Shown here: in pieces, positions 6,870 through 15,561 of the stretch | Layout: every line of letters begins with the position of its first letter | How positions within the stretch are numbered: position 1 is the first letter of the stretch | From: Flavobacteriaceae bacterium | GTDB lineage: Bacteria > Bacteroidota > Bacteroidia > Flavobacteriales > Flavobacteriaceae | Reading direction: 5' to 3' | Assembly (NCBI GenBank): GCA_030836435.1 | Contig: JAURPW010000046.1 | Coordinates: 1-25,110 of the forward strand | DNA: 25,110 nt | Notes under the pieces: generated by a model | Database searches by the model: none | Told to the model about the DNA's origin: nothing | What the model saw: the letters and a program-made list of their open reading frames with translations, nothing else | Translations under genes and position numbers: made by a program

Positions 6870-8407
6870 AAAGAATACGGCTGGTCCTAGGAGATCAATT
6901 GAATCCCGCGCATAGCTGGTTTACACACACGCAAGACGACACGATTTACTTGATGGCTGAGATGAATCAAGAGGCTCAACACCCTACTCAGCATATTCAG
7001 AAAATCGTCGCTTTCTTTCAGGCGATGAGGGCCTTTGCCAAGCAGCTTGAAACAAGCGGTCATCAGGTCATCTATCAACCCATTAGTACGCACCCCGAGC
7101 AATCGCTCAGCGCCCGTATTTTGGCGCTTATTGAGTTGCACAAGGTCACGTGCTTCGAATACCAACTTCCAGACGATTACCGATTAGATAAGCAACTGCG
7201 AGAGCTAGGCGATCAACTCCAATCGAGCGGTGTAGAGGTGAACGCCGTAGACAGCGAACACTTTCTAACCAGTCGCTTCGAGCTAAAGCAGTTATTTGGA
7301 GATAAGTCGCTTCTCATGGAACGTTTCTACCGCTACATGCGAAAGAAACACGCCATTTTAATGGAAGGCACTAATCCGCTTGGTGGAAAATGGAATTTTG
7401 ATCACGAAAACAGAAAGGCCTACGATGGCAAAACGCCAATTATAGATCCGTTGACCTTTAATTATGACGTAACTGCTCTAGTCAAAGAGGTAGAGCGATC
7501 AGGACTAAAAACCTATGGCGAGCTGAATAGTCAACAGTTCAATTGGCCTAAAGATTACACTGACGCTAGGCGACTATTAGACTACTTCTGCTCACACCTT
7601 TTGCCTCACTTCGGAACCTATCAAGACGCCCTGTACTCAAACCATAGCTTTCTGTTTCATTCGAGATTGTCGTTTGCCATGAATGCAAAGATGATCACGC
7701 CTAAAGAAGTCATTGCAGAAGCCATTCAAGCTAAAGAAAAACAGCAGCATATTTCGCTGGCGCAACTAGAAGGATTTGTAAGACAGGTGCTGGGGTGGAG
7801 AGAGTTTATGCGCGGTGTATATTGGAAAGAAATGCCCACCTACAAGCAGCTTAATTTCTTCAATCATAGCCGCCCACTTCCCGAATTTTACTGGAGCGGA
7901 AAGACGAAGATGAAATGCGTTTCTCATGCCGTTACTCAAACGAAAAATGAGGCTTATGCCCACCATATACAGCGCCTTATGGTTACCGGAAATTTTGGAT
8001 TGCTCGCCGAGATTGACCCCGATGCCTTAGACCGATGGTACCTAGGGGTCTATGCCGACGCCATAGAATGGGTAGAAATCACCAACACCCGCGGCATGTC
8101 TCAATTTGCTGACGGCGGAATTATAGCGACCAAACCTTATATCAGCAGCGGCAATTACATAGACAAGATGAGTAATTACTGCAAGCAGTGCCATTTTAAT
8201 CCGAAAGAAAAAACCGGAGAACAGGCATGCCCATTCAACGCTTTATACTGGAATTTCTTAGTCAAAAAGAGAGAAGTACTAGCGAGCAATCAGCGCATGT
8301 CTATGATGTACCGCATTTTAGATAAAAAGTCAAAAGAAGAGCTATCCGCTCATTTAGAACGCGCCGAGATGTTATTAACTGACCTTGACGGGCACTTAGG
8401 CGAGTAA
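6857..8407 (+). CDS. phrB: FeS-cluster bacterial cryptochrome/photolyase (PhrB/CryB-type (6-4) photolyase)
   Basis: LVLGDQL N-terminus, HIQKI, LLMERFYR, GGKWNFDHENRK, EGFVRQVLGWREF and YAHHIQRLMV motifs, plus four Fe-S cysteines (KMKC...YCKQC...ACPFN). Confidence 0.93.
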   Translation: MGRLKRIRLVLGDQLNPAHSWFTHTQDDTIYLMAEMNQEAQHPTQHIQKIVAFFQAMRAFAKQLETSGHQVIYQPISTHPEQSLSARILALIELHKVTCFEYQLPDDYRLDKQLRELGDQLQSSGVEVNAVDSEHFLTSRFELKQLFGDKSLLMERFYRYMRKKHAILMEGTNPLGGKWNFDHENRKAYDGKTPIIDPLTFNYDVTALVKEVERSGLKTYGELNSQQFNWPKDYTDARRLLDYFCSHLLPHFGTYQDALYSNHSFLFHSRLSFAMNAKMITPKEVIAEAIQAKEKQQHISLAQLEGFVRQVLGWREFMRGVYWKEMPTYKQLNFFNHSRPLPEFYWSGKTKMKCVSHAVTQTKNEAYAHHIQRLMVTGNFGLLAEIDPDALDRWYLGVYADAIEWVEITNTRGMSQFADGGIIATKPYISSGNYIDKMSNYCKQCHFNPKEKTGEQACPFNALYWNFLVKKREVLASNQRMSMMYRILDKKSKEELSAHLERAEMLLTDLDGHLGE

Positions 8408-8938
8408 CTGATCGACGATGCCGTATGCGAGCGACTCTTGAGCGTCCATCCAGTAATCGCGGTCGAAGTCATTCATGACTTTCTCCAGTGGCTGATTACA
8501 ATTCTCTGAGAGAATACGGGCGCCGATCTCCTTGGTTTTAATGATTTCGCGGGCCTGAATTTCGATAGAAGAGGCCTGCCCTTGTGCCCCACCGCTAGGC
8601 TGATGAATCATAACCCGAGCATGTGGTTGAATCATGCGTCTACCTTTGGCTCCGGCAGAGAGCAAGATACTTCCCATAGAAGCAGCCAAACCTGAGCAAA
8701 CAGTAGCTACTGGGCTCTTGACTTGCATCATGGTATCGTAAATAGCAAAGCCCGAGGTTACGTATCCGCCAGGGCTGTTAATTATAAGCTGAATTTCATC
8801 GTTTCCTAATGAATCGAGGTACATTAGGCGTTCGATAACGTGCTTAGCACTGTCGTCATCTACCATTCCCCACAAGAAGACTTTGCGCTCTTCGAGCAAC
8901 TTGTTTTCGATCAACTCTTTAACCTTTGACTGACTCAT
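8396..8938 (-). CDS. clpP: ATP-dependent Clp protease proteolytic subunit
   Basis: INSPGG, catalytic Ser in AASMGS, His in MIHQP and Asp in DRDYWM. Confidence 0.96.
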   Translation of the reverse strand: MSQSKVKELIENKLLEERKVFLWGMVDDDSAKHVIERLMYLDSLGNDEIQLIINSPGGYVTSGFAIYDTMMQVKSPVATVCSGLAASMGSILLSAGAKGRRMIQPHARVMIHQPSGGAQGQASSIEIQAREIIKTKEIGARILSENCNQPLEKVMNDFDRDYWMDAQESLAYGIVDQLLA

Positions 8939-8959
8939 AGCTTGTTCATTCTATTCACA

Positions 8960-8967
8960 CAAAAATA
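8960..8967 (-). promoter_or_regulatory. -7 promoter element (TATTTTTG) upstream of clpP
   Basis: Exact TAnnTTTG on the minus strand, 21 nt upstream of the clpP ATG. Confidence 0.5.
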
Positions 8968-9014
8968 CGTTGTATGAGTGTTCTAGCCTACTATTGCTTA
9001 TTTTTAAAAGAAAA

Positions 9015-9677
9015 ATGAAGAAGTTTTTTTTACAGCTAACTGCTGTGGTGTTAACCTTGACATCGTGCGCAGAATCGTCTCCTCAGCTAACCAAGGCCCA
9101 GCTAAGAGCTCAGGCGGTTGCAAAGGCCCACGGCATAGACGCCTTTGAAACACTCAACCAAATTGCCTTTACCTGGGGTGTGACACGCGAAGGTGGAAAC
9201 TTCGAGAGAAGATGGATTTGGAACGCCAAAGAAAATCTGGTTACGCGGATCGCCCAAGGAGACACGGTTACCTATAACTGGAAGGCGCTTGATTCGGTAA
9301 GCAACGAAATAAATAAGGGATTTATAAACGACAAGTACTGGCTATTGGCTCCGCTGCAACTCGAATGGGACAAGGAGAGTTACGCGGTTAGTCTAGAAGA
9401 AAACGTAGCCTCTTTGGGCAAGCAAGAACTGCTCGATAAGCTGACTATCACTTACGGCAATGAAGGCGGATACACCCCAGGCGATGCGTATGATTTTTAT
9501 ATCGACGACACCAATACAGTAAGAGAATGGGTGTTCAGACGCGGAGCGGCCGAAGAAGCCTCAATTGTTTCTATATGTGAAGACTACCTAAGCCTAGGCG
9601 GACTTCTTATTGCACAAAGACACCAAAGAGCGGGGCAAGACGGCTACCTTTACTTAACCGACATCTCCATCGAATAA
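9015..9677 (+). CDS. Lipoprotein of unknown function (DUF6503-like)
   Basis: Start placed at ATG 9015: MKKFFLQLTAVVLTLTSC, lipobox LTSC. AHG...FINDKYWLLAP...DAYDFYID pattern recalled from Bacteroidota DUF6503-like proteins; family name is tentative. Confidence 0.7.
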   Translation: MKKFFLQLTAVVLTLTSCAESSPQLTKAQLRAQAVAKAHGIDAFETLNQIAFTWGVTREGGNFERRWIWNAKENLVTRIAQGDTVTYNWKALDSVSNEINKGFINDKYWLLAPLQLEWDKESYAVSLEENVASLGKQELLDKLTITYGNEGGYTPGDAYDFYIDDTNTVREWVFRRGAAEEASIVSICEDYLSLGGLLIAQRHQRAGQDGYLYLTDISIE

Positions 9678-9685
9678 CCGTTTGA

Positions 9686-10339
9686 ATGCATTTTTTTTCA
9701 GACCAACTTGAAGACTACCTCAACACTCAACTCGATTCAGAACCTGAGTACCTGGCTGCGCTTAGGCGCGAGACCCACCTTAAGGTGGTTCAGCCACGAA
9801 TGCTTAGCGGAAAATACCAAGGACGTCTTCTTGCCCTTATTGCCAAGATTTGTAGCCCTGAACAGGTGCTTGAAATTGGCACCTACACGGGGTATAGTGC
9901 GCTTTGCCTGGCGGAGGGCATAAAGCCCGGAGGCCAACTGCTGACCATAGAAGTCAATGAAGAACTCAGTCTGCTTCAGCAGCGGTATTGGAACCAAAGC
10001 CCTTACGGATCAATTATTAAGCCCCTAATAGGCGACGCCATTGAGCTCATTCCACAGCTTGATCAGCGATTCGATCTGGTTTTCATAGATGCCAAAAAAG
10101 CAGACTACACGCGATACCTTGAAGTGGTGATTCCAAAAATGAACCAGGGGTGTTTACTTCTATCTGACAATATCTTGTGGTCGGGTAAGGTGGTAGAGCC
10201 GGCAGATGAGCGCGATAAGGCCACTCAAGAACTAATTAAATACAATCAGCTGCTCACTGACGATGAGCGATTTGAACACGTTATACTTCCGGTAAGAGAT
10301 GGGTTGAGTATAGCCCGCTTTAGGTCTATTGGCGCTTGA
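9686..10339 (+). CDS. O-methyltransferase (caffeoyl-CoA OMT / YrrM-like, class I SAM)
   Basis: MLSGKYQG, VLEIGTYTGYSA, FDLVFIDA, SDNILWSG and LPVRDGL motifs. Confidence 0.92.
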   Translation: MHFFSDQLEDYLNTQLDSEPEYLAALRRETHLKVVQPRMLSGKYQGRLLALIAKICSPEQVLEIGTYTGYSALCLAEGIKPGGQLLTIEVNEELSLLQQRYWNQSPYGSIIKPLIGDAIELIPQLDQRFDLVFIDAKKADYTRYLEVVIPKMNQGCLLLSDNILWSGKVVEPADERDKATQELIKYNQLLTDDERFEHVILPVRDGLSIARFRSIGA

Positions 10340-10598
10340 TAGTTCCCGTTACTTCTTCGACCGATTTTTTCACCTCATCGGCGCTCTTTTTCAGGTCAGA
10401 AGCTATGCTTGAATCAATTCCATTCTTCTCAGCAGATTTTTGAATTTCGCGCTTAATATCGTCGGTAGCGTCTCTTAACTGACGCATGCCCTTACCTAAA
10501 CCGCGAACGATCTCAGGCAATTTATCGGATCCAAAAACGAGGATCACGATAAAAACGATAAAAAAGATTTCAGCTCCGCTGATAAAAAGAGAATACAT
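10326..10598 (-). CDS. tatA: Twin-arginine translocase TatA/TatB-family subunit
   Basis: Start placed at ATG 10598. EIFFIVFIVILVFGSDKLPEIVRGLGKGMRQLR: TM helix, FG hinge and amphipathic helix. TatA versus TatB is not resolved. Confidence 0.88.
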   Translation of the reverse strand: MYSLFISGAEIFFIVFIVILVFGSDKLPEIVRGLGKGMRQLRDATDDIKREIQKSAEKNGIDSSIASDLKKSADEVKKSVEEVTGTIKRQ

Positions 10599-10607
10599 AT
10601 CTAGGTG

Positions 10608-10615
10608 CAAATATA
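10608..10615 (-). promoter_or_regulatory. -7 promoter element (TATATTTG) for tatA
   Basis: Exact TAnnTTTG on the minus strand, 9 nt upstream of the ATG, overlapping the U-tract of the upstream terminator. Confidence 0.5.
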
Positions 10616-10644
10616 AAAAATCCCGCAGCCAAAGCTGCGGGATT
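10615..10644 (-). terminator. Rho-independent terminator of the M1 peptidase transcript
   Basis: Minus strand AATCCCGCAGC-TTTG-GCTGCGGGATT followed by further Ts (T6 run in total), 22 nt after the M1 stop. Confidence 0.85.
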
Positions 10645-10666
10645 ATGAATAAGCTGGGCTTATTGA

Positions 10667-12964
10667 TTACTGTTTTATAGCTTCTTTGAGTTTTTCAAAC
10701 TCTGAGCCCTCTTCGGCTTTTGGCCAACTGTTATTTGAGGTATCTATATCAGCGGTCTCCAGATTAGGGTCAACCGTGATGCCTACAAGCTCTTTATCTG
10801 AAGAAATCACACGCTTTACCTCCGCGTCGTTCTTACGCCAGATCTCTGCAGGGTAACTCACGATTTCTTTGGTTCCGTCGGCATAGGCATATTCAACAAT
10901 AAGCGGCATAGGAATACCTCCTGGTTTCTCAAAGGCGATTTCATAGAAGTACTTGGGCTGTTTTACCTGAGAACGCTCAGCTTCGGTCATGTTGTCAAGC
11001 ATAAACTCTGACAGGGTTGACGATGCCTCGGCAGGAGCCTTGATCTCGGTATCAGTCTCTTTAGCATCTAAGTCGGCCAAATAAACTAGTGGCGGCAAAT
11101 CAGCTGAAGTGAGCCCATTGGCAGCCATATACTCTTTCATCTCGGCCGTAGGCTCATCTGATACATAGTATTTTTTTACTTCCGAAACTCCTATATCCAC
11201 ATAGTCGGTGGTATAGAACCACGATCTCCAGAACCAGTCAAGGTCAACTGCTGAGGCGTCTTCCATTGTTCTGAAAAAATCTTCTGGAGTAGGATGCTTA
11301 AACATCCACCGTTGCGCATAAGTCTTAAATGCATGGTCAAACAACTCTCTACCCATAACTGTTTCACGCAGAATATTGAGCGCCGTGGCGGGCTTAGCGT
11401 AGGCATTTGGACCTAATTGATATACGTTCTCGGGGTTTGACATTATTGGAGCGATATAACTCTGATCTCCGGCCATGTAATCTACAATAGCTGAAGGAGC
11501 TCCTCTTCGAGAAGGGTACTTGTCTAATCCTTCGATTGCGGCAGGGTAAGCTTCGCCAAACTCTTGCTCGGCCAAATACTGCATAAAGGTATCGAGCCCT
11601 TCATCCATCCATCCCCACTGACGTTCGTCTGAATTGACAATCATCGGAAAGAAGTTGTGACCCACTTCGTGAATAATTACGCTCATCATACCAAACTTGG
11701 TGCGATCAGAGTAGGTTCCGTCTTTATTGGGGCGTCCGTAGTTCCAGCAGATCATAGGATACTCCATTCCCTGATTCTTAGCGTGAACCGAAATCGCCTT
11801 GTGGTAAGGGTAATCAAAGGTGTGCGAAGAATACGATTTAAGCGTAGAGGCTACCGCTTTTGTTGACCACTCTTCCCAAAGCGGATTTCCTTCTTTTGGG
11901 TATAGCGAAACGGCCATTACATCGCGATTTCCGATCTTAACCGCCATCATGTCCCAGATGAACTTTCTAGACGAAGCAAAGGCGTAATCGCGAACATTTT
12001 CTGCTCTAAACTTCCATGTCTTTGTCTTTTTGGCAAACGACTTTTCTGCAGCTTCTGCCTCTTCTTGTGTGACAATCATCACTGGCTCGTCATAGCTCTT
12101 CTTTGCTTTCTCGTATCGGTTCATCATTTCTTTAGAAAAGACTTGCTTGCGATTCAGCAGCTCCCCAGTGGCGTCTAGCACGTGGTCTTCAGGAACGGTA
12201 ATAGATACATCGTAGTTTCCGAACGGAAGCGCAAACTCTCCGCTTCCCCAGAATTGGTGATTCTGCCATCCTTCAACATCGCTGTACACAGCCATTCTTG
12301 GGAAAAATTGGGCAATCACGTAAGCTCGGTTGCCGTCTTCCTCAAAATACTCGTAACCCGAACGGGCTCGGTTAACCGTATGGTCGGGTATGTTGTACCA
12401 CCATTTAACAGAAAAAGAGTAGGTCTGACCCGAAAGTAGTGGAGCTGGCAAATCAATGCGCATCATCGTGAAATTAATGACGTGTGGAAGCGCTGCTCCC
12501 CTAGCATCCTTTACCCATTCAATGTTAAATCCACCGTCAAACGATTCTCCCATAAATGTTTGAGAAAAGTTGTCTGGCGTGTAGGCGAGGTTTACTCCAC
12601 TTCCATTGCGAAGCGGAGCCTTTGAGTCTTTGGCGCGAACATTTTGGTCAAGCTGTAACCATAAAAACTCTAATGCATCTGGAGAATTATTGGTGTAGGT
12701 AATGGTCTCTTCACCATATATACGCGCGTTTTCGTCATCGAGCTGAATGTCCATGACATAATCTGCTTGTTGTTGGTAATAGTCAGGTCCTGGTGCCCCA
12801 GAAGCCGATCGAAAAGTATTCGGTGTAGCAAACTCCTCATAGAGCTGCTTGAATTTGTTGGTGTTGTAGTGTCCGGGCTCCCGCTCTTTTTTCTCTTCTT
12901 GAGCCGTAAGACCGGCTGAGAATAACACGAAAGCTGAAGCAAACCATGCAAATAAGTGTTTCAT
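10667..12964 (-). CDS. Secreted M1-family zinc metallo-aminopeptidase
   Basis: Signal peptide; GMEYP exopeptidase motif; HEVGH-x18-E (HEVGHNFF...WMDEG) zinc ligands; NAYAKP Tyr motif. Confidence 0.93.
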   Translation of the reverse strand: MKHLFAWFASAFVLFSAGLTAQEEKKEREPGHYNTNKFKQLYEEFATPNTFRSASGAPGPDYYQQQADYVMDIQLDDENARIYGEETITYTNNSPDALEFLWLQLDQNVRAKDSKAPLRNGSGVNLAYTPDNFSQTFMGESFDGGFNIEWVKDARGAALPHVINFTMMRIDLPAPLLSGQTYSFSVKWWYNIPDHTVNRARSGYEYFEEDGNRAYVIAQFFPRMAVYSDVEGWQNHQFWGSGEFALPFGNYDVSITVPEDHVLDATGELLNRKQVFSKEMMNRYEKAKKSYDEPVMIVTQEEAEAAEKSFAKKTKTWKFRAENVRDYAFASSRKFIWDMMAVKIGNRDVMAVSLYPKEGNPLWEEWSTKAVASTLKSYSSHTFDYPYHKAISVHAKNQGMEYPMICWNYGRPNKDGTYSDRTKFGMMSVIIHEVGHNFFPMIVNSDERQWGWMDEGLDTFMQYLAEQEFGEAYPAAIEGLDKYPSRRGAPSAIVDYMAGDQSYIAPIMSNPENVYQLGPNAYAKPATALNILRETVMGRELFDHAFKTYAQRWMFKHPTPEDFFRTMEDASAVDLDWFWRSWFYTTDYVDIGVSEVKKYYVSDEPTAEMKEYMAANGLTSADLPPLVYLADLDAKETDTEIKAPAEASSTLSEFMLDNMTEAERSQVKQPKYFYEIAFEKPGGIPMPLIVEYAYADGTKEIVSYPAEIWRKNDAEVKRVISSDKELVGITVDPNLETADIDTSNNSWPKAEEGSEFEKLKEAIKQ

Positions 12965-13028
12965 CTAATCAACGATTAATGTTAAGATGGTGAATTTAGG
13001 TTGTTTTTGGGAGGTCTACAAGTTTGGT

Positions 13029-13565
13029 TTACAGATGAGAAAGCTCCCATGTAAAGGTGTCTAGTTCTCTAGAAAGCACGCTGCTTTTCTTGAACTTAAG
13101 TACAGTGAGGTGAACCAGATTTTGCTGTTCGTCAAACACATCGGTCAATAACCTGTTGCGAAATTCAACCCGGGCTATTGGTGATGGGTCTGGCCGTTTA
13201 AACTCGACTAGCAACAGTACCTGATCAGCCTCGTAGGTATACCCTATAAAGTCAAGAGCAACCTCTTGGTCGTTTACCCGTAAACTAAGCATACTATTCA
13301 AATAGCGATCAATGGTGGATTGGGCCAAAACCTTTTGCTCAGCCTCAGTGTCTAATCCCAAGTCGACTCCATACCGGGTCTTTAAGGCCAGCTCAAGGTC
13401 GTCTATGAAGACGCGTGATACCAGTTGAAAGGCCTCTTCGCTTTGGTTGTAGTTCAATTTAGATACGCTGAGGTAAAACTTATGTTCCGCATGATCGGCA
13501 ATACTAGTTACACTAAGCGAAAGTGCGACAAAAAGAACCGATAAGGTGTGTAGTAAGGATGTCAT
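13029..13565 (-). CDS. DUF6702-like exported protein
   Basis: Signal peptide followed by HKFYLSV...SRVFIDDLE...NRLL...EQQNLVH, a pattern recalled from Bacteroidota proteins encoded beside M1 peptidases. Confidence 0.7.
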   Translation of the reverse strand: MTSLLHTLSVLFVALSLSVTSIADHAEHKFYLSVSKLNYNQSEEAFQLVSRVFIDDLELALKTRYGVDLGLDTEAEQKVLAQSTIDRYLNSMLSLRVNDQEVALDFIGYTYEADQVLLLVEFKRPDPSPIARVEFRNRLLTDVFDEQQNLVHLTVLKFKKSSVLSRELDTFTWELSHL

Positions 13566-14329
13566 TCTTCTAATTGTTTAAATTCTCGACTCTTCTTTTT
13601 CATGAACTCTAAAAATTTAAGCTCGTCTCTTACCGTCAATAACTGGGTGTAGGTAGAATCGGTTTCAATGAAGTACAAAAAACGCAGTATCTGAGTAGTA
13701 TTCAGCGCTAAGTAATCTTCAAATAGCGGCTTCTCGTAACGCTTGACTACTTGGTCAATGGCATTGTTTTTGGCCTCTAAGGCAATTCTGTTTTTCAACA
13801 TTTTGGTCCTTCCTGACAGGGCGTTTAGCAGCGGGTTCAGTGGAATAAATCCGCCACCTGAGGTCGCCTCGTAAAGTAGTCGTTGGCTTTGCGTGAGCTG
13901 CGGAGCATCTGCATTAGGTAGCCCGAGCTGCTCTGCATCAAGCTGTTTGTTGACGCTCAATCGATCGAGGTCTTCAGTAAGCGCTCGGCTCAATCCATAC
14001 GGATTGAGCGTCACCCCATCAAGCTCATTCACAAAGGGTTCTAAGGGAATCCGCAAACGCGTGGCTCTAAATACATCGGCATCAACCACAATCATTTTTG
14101 GCTTAATCTGCACCGATGTGATCCGCAATGTGTCTCCTATGCTTACCAGCAGTTCAAAATCGCCGTACTGATTCGTAACCACCCCTGATTTCTTGCTTAG
14201 ATTCTGCACCGTGATATTGGAAAGCTCAACGTCTTCGACGCTTACCGAGCCCATCAAACGTTTTTGATTTTGGGCATAGACGCCACAAACCGTTAAAAAG
14301 AAAAAGATTACAAAGCGGTCTAGCTTCAC
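13562..14329 (-). CDS. Exported protein with an N-terminal CarboxypepD_reg-like beta-sandwich and a helical C-terminus
   Basis: Signal peptide; TNQYGDFEL...GDTLRITSVQ...LDGVTL pattern; GTG start overlapping the upstream TGA. Confidence 0.75.
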   Translation of the reverse strand: MKLDRFVIFFFLTVCGVYAQNQKRLMGSVSVEDVELSNITVQNLSKKSGVVTNQYGDFELLVSIGDTLRITSVQIKPKMIVVDADVFRATRLRIPLEPFVNELDGVTLNPYGLSRALTEDLDRLSVNKQLDAEQLGLPNADAPQLTQSQRLLYEATSGGGFIPLNPLLNALSGRTKMLKNRIALEAKNNAIDQVVKRYEKPLFEDYLALNTTQILRFLYFIETDSTYTQLLTVRDELKFLEFMKKKSREFKQLEE

Positions 14330-15060
14330 TTCATCTCTTCTTTAAAGGCTTCTGCGGTGGTTACTAAAAACTCCAGTAGCTCAAATTCATTTTCTTTTCG
14401 CAGCAGTTGAAAGGTGGGCACACGCTCGTCACAATAGGCTAAGAAATCAGGTATTTGCGCGCGCTGTAACCGCAGATCTTCTATAAAGAAACGTTCGTCA
14501 TACACCTTTGCCAGTGCCTCAGACAACTTAATACTTGGCCCGTCTTGTTGATCTTTTGAAGCCAACAAAGACTTTAAGAGTTTAAAAACAGATACCACAT
14601 TAAGGCCGTCTTGCATGCCTCGAACGGCAGGAGACAGCGCAATATTATCTACAGCTGAGGCCCGATCTATCTCGTACTCAAAGCCTTTAAATTCTTCGTT
14701 CTTAAGTTCTATGAAGGCTTCTTGATTGTCAGGAGTCACTACCACCTCGTCTAATTGCCTGACTTTCTCCGTTACCTCAACAACTAACCGGCCGTTTTTC
14801 AATATATCTTCAGTGATCTTAATCACTTCTAGCTGATAGTTAACCGCAGTGAAGACTAGCTCATCTCCGACCGCAACTTCAATGCTGAAGGCTCCGTTTT
14901 CGTCGGTAATGGTGCTAATTTCTCTAGTGGAATTAACGACTGCTTCATCTGAAACAAAGCTATTGCGGTAAAGCACCTGACCTTTAAGCCTGACTAATTG
15001 GGCTTGAGAAAATGCACTGAGGCTTACCCATAGAACTACAAAAAAGAGCGTATTTTTCAT
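14326..15060 (-). CDS. Exported protein with an N-terminal CarboxypepD_reg-like beta-sandwich (tandem paralog of 13562..14329)
   Basis: Signal peptide; TDENGAFSI...GDELVFTAVNY...LDEVVV pattern in the same residue register as the neighbour. Confidence 0.75.
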   Translation of the reverse strand: MKNTLFFVVLWVSLSAFSQAQLVRLKGQVLYRNSFVSDEAVVNSTREISTITDENGAFSIEVAVGDELVFTAVNYQLEVIKITEDILKNGRLVVEVTEKVRQLDEVVVTPDNQEAFIELKNEEFKGFEYEIDRASAVDNIALSPAVRGMQDGLNVVSVFKLLKSLLASKDQQDGPSIKLSEALAKVYDERFFIEDLRLQRAQIPDFLAYCDERVPTFQLLRKENEFELLEFLVTTAEAFKEEMK

Positions 15061-15105
15061 GCGTTGTGCTTACTTGCAATAAATTTACTACAAAGCAGTC
15101 AGTAT

Positions 15106-15561
15106 ATGGCGGATATTAGCGAAATCAAGCCGCATGAATTAATACCTATTCGGCAGGCGGTGTTAAGACAAGGCCTACCCGTAGAGGCCAGTATTTTCGA
15201 TGGAGATTACTCCGAGCATACGGTACATTTTGGCGCCTTTGAGAACAATCAGCTCATCGGGTGCGCCAGCCTCGTAGCTAATCAAACTACTAGACTCGAA
15301 GGGCAGATTAATTTTATGATGCAACTGAGGGGAATGGCCGTGCTGCCTGAGTACCGAAGTAAGGGGGTCGGAGCCCAATTGCTTCGAGCAGCAGAAAAAC
15401 ATGCGCGCTCAAAAGGCACAGACGCTTTATGGTTCAATGCTCGAATAAGAGCGGTAGCCTTTTACGAACGAAACGGCTACCTAAAAAAGGGAGCTCCCTA
15501 TGAAATTGAAGGAGTAGGCACGCATTACTTTATGTTCAAAAAGCTCATTGCGTATGCATAG
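15106..15561 (+). CDS. GNAT family N-acetyltransferase (YitI/ElaA-like)
   Basis: IRQAVLRQG, QLRGMAVLPEYRSKGVG (motif A), WFNAR and FYERNGY. Start placed at ATG 15106. Confidence 0.9.
   Translation: MADISEIKPHELIPIRQAVLRQGLPVEASIFDGDYSEHTVHFGAFENNQLIGCASLVANQTTRLEGQINFMMQLRGMAVLPEYRSKGVGAQLLRAAEKHARSKGTDALWFNARIRAVAFYERNGYLKKGAPYEIEGVGTHYFMFKKLIAYA

Noticed and set aside
8396-8938. Short ClpP as an inactive ClpR-like subunit or pseudogene
   Set aside because: The Ser, His and Asp triad motifs are all present; the short length reflects absence of an N-terminal propeptide.
12965-13028. Separate promoter, riboswitch or sRNA upstream of the M1 peptidase
   Set aside because: 64 bp with only a weak TAAATTCA variant and a 4-bp stem; no recognisable RNA structure.
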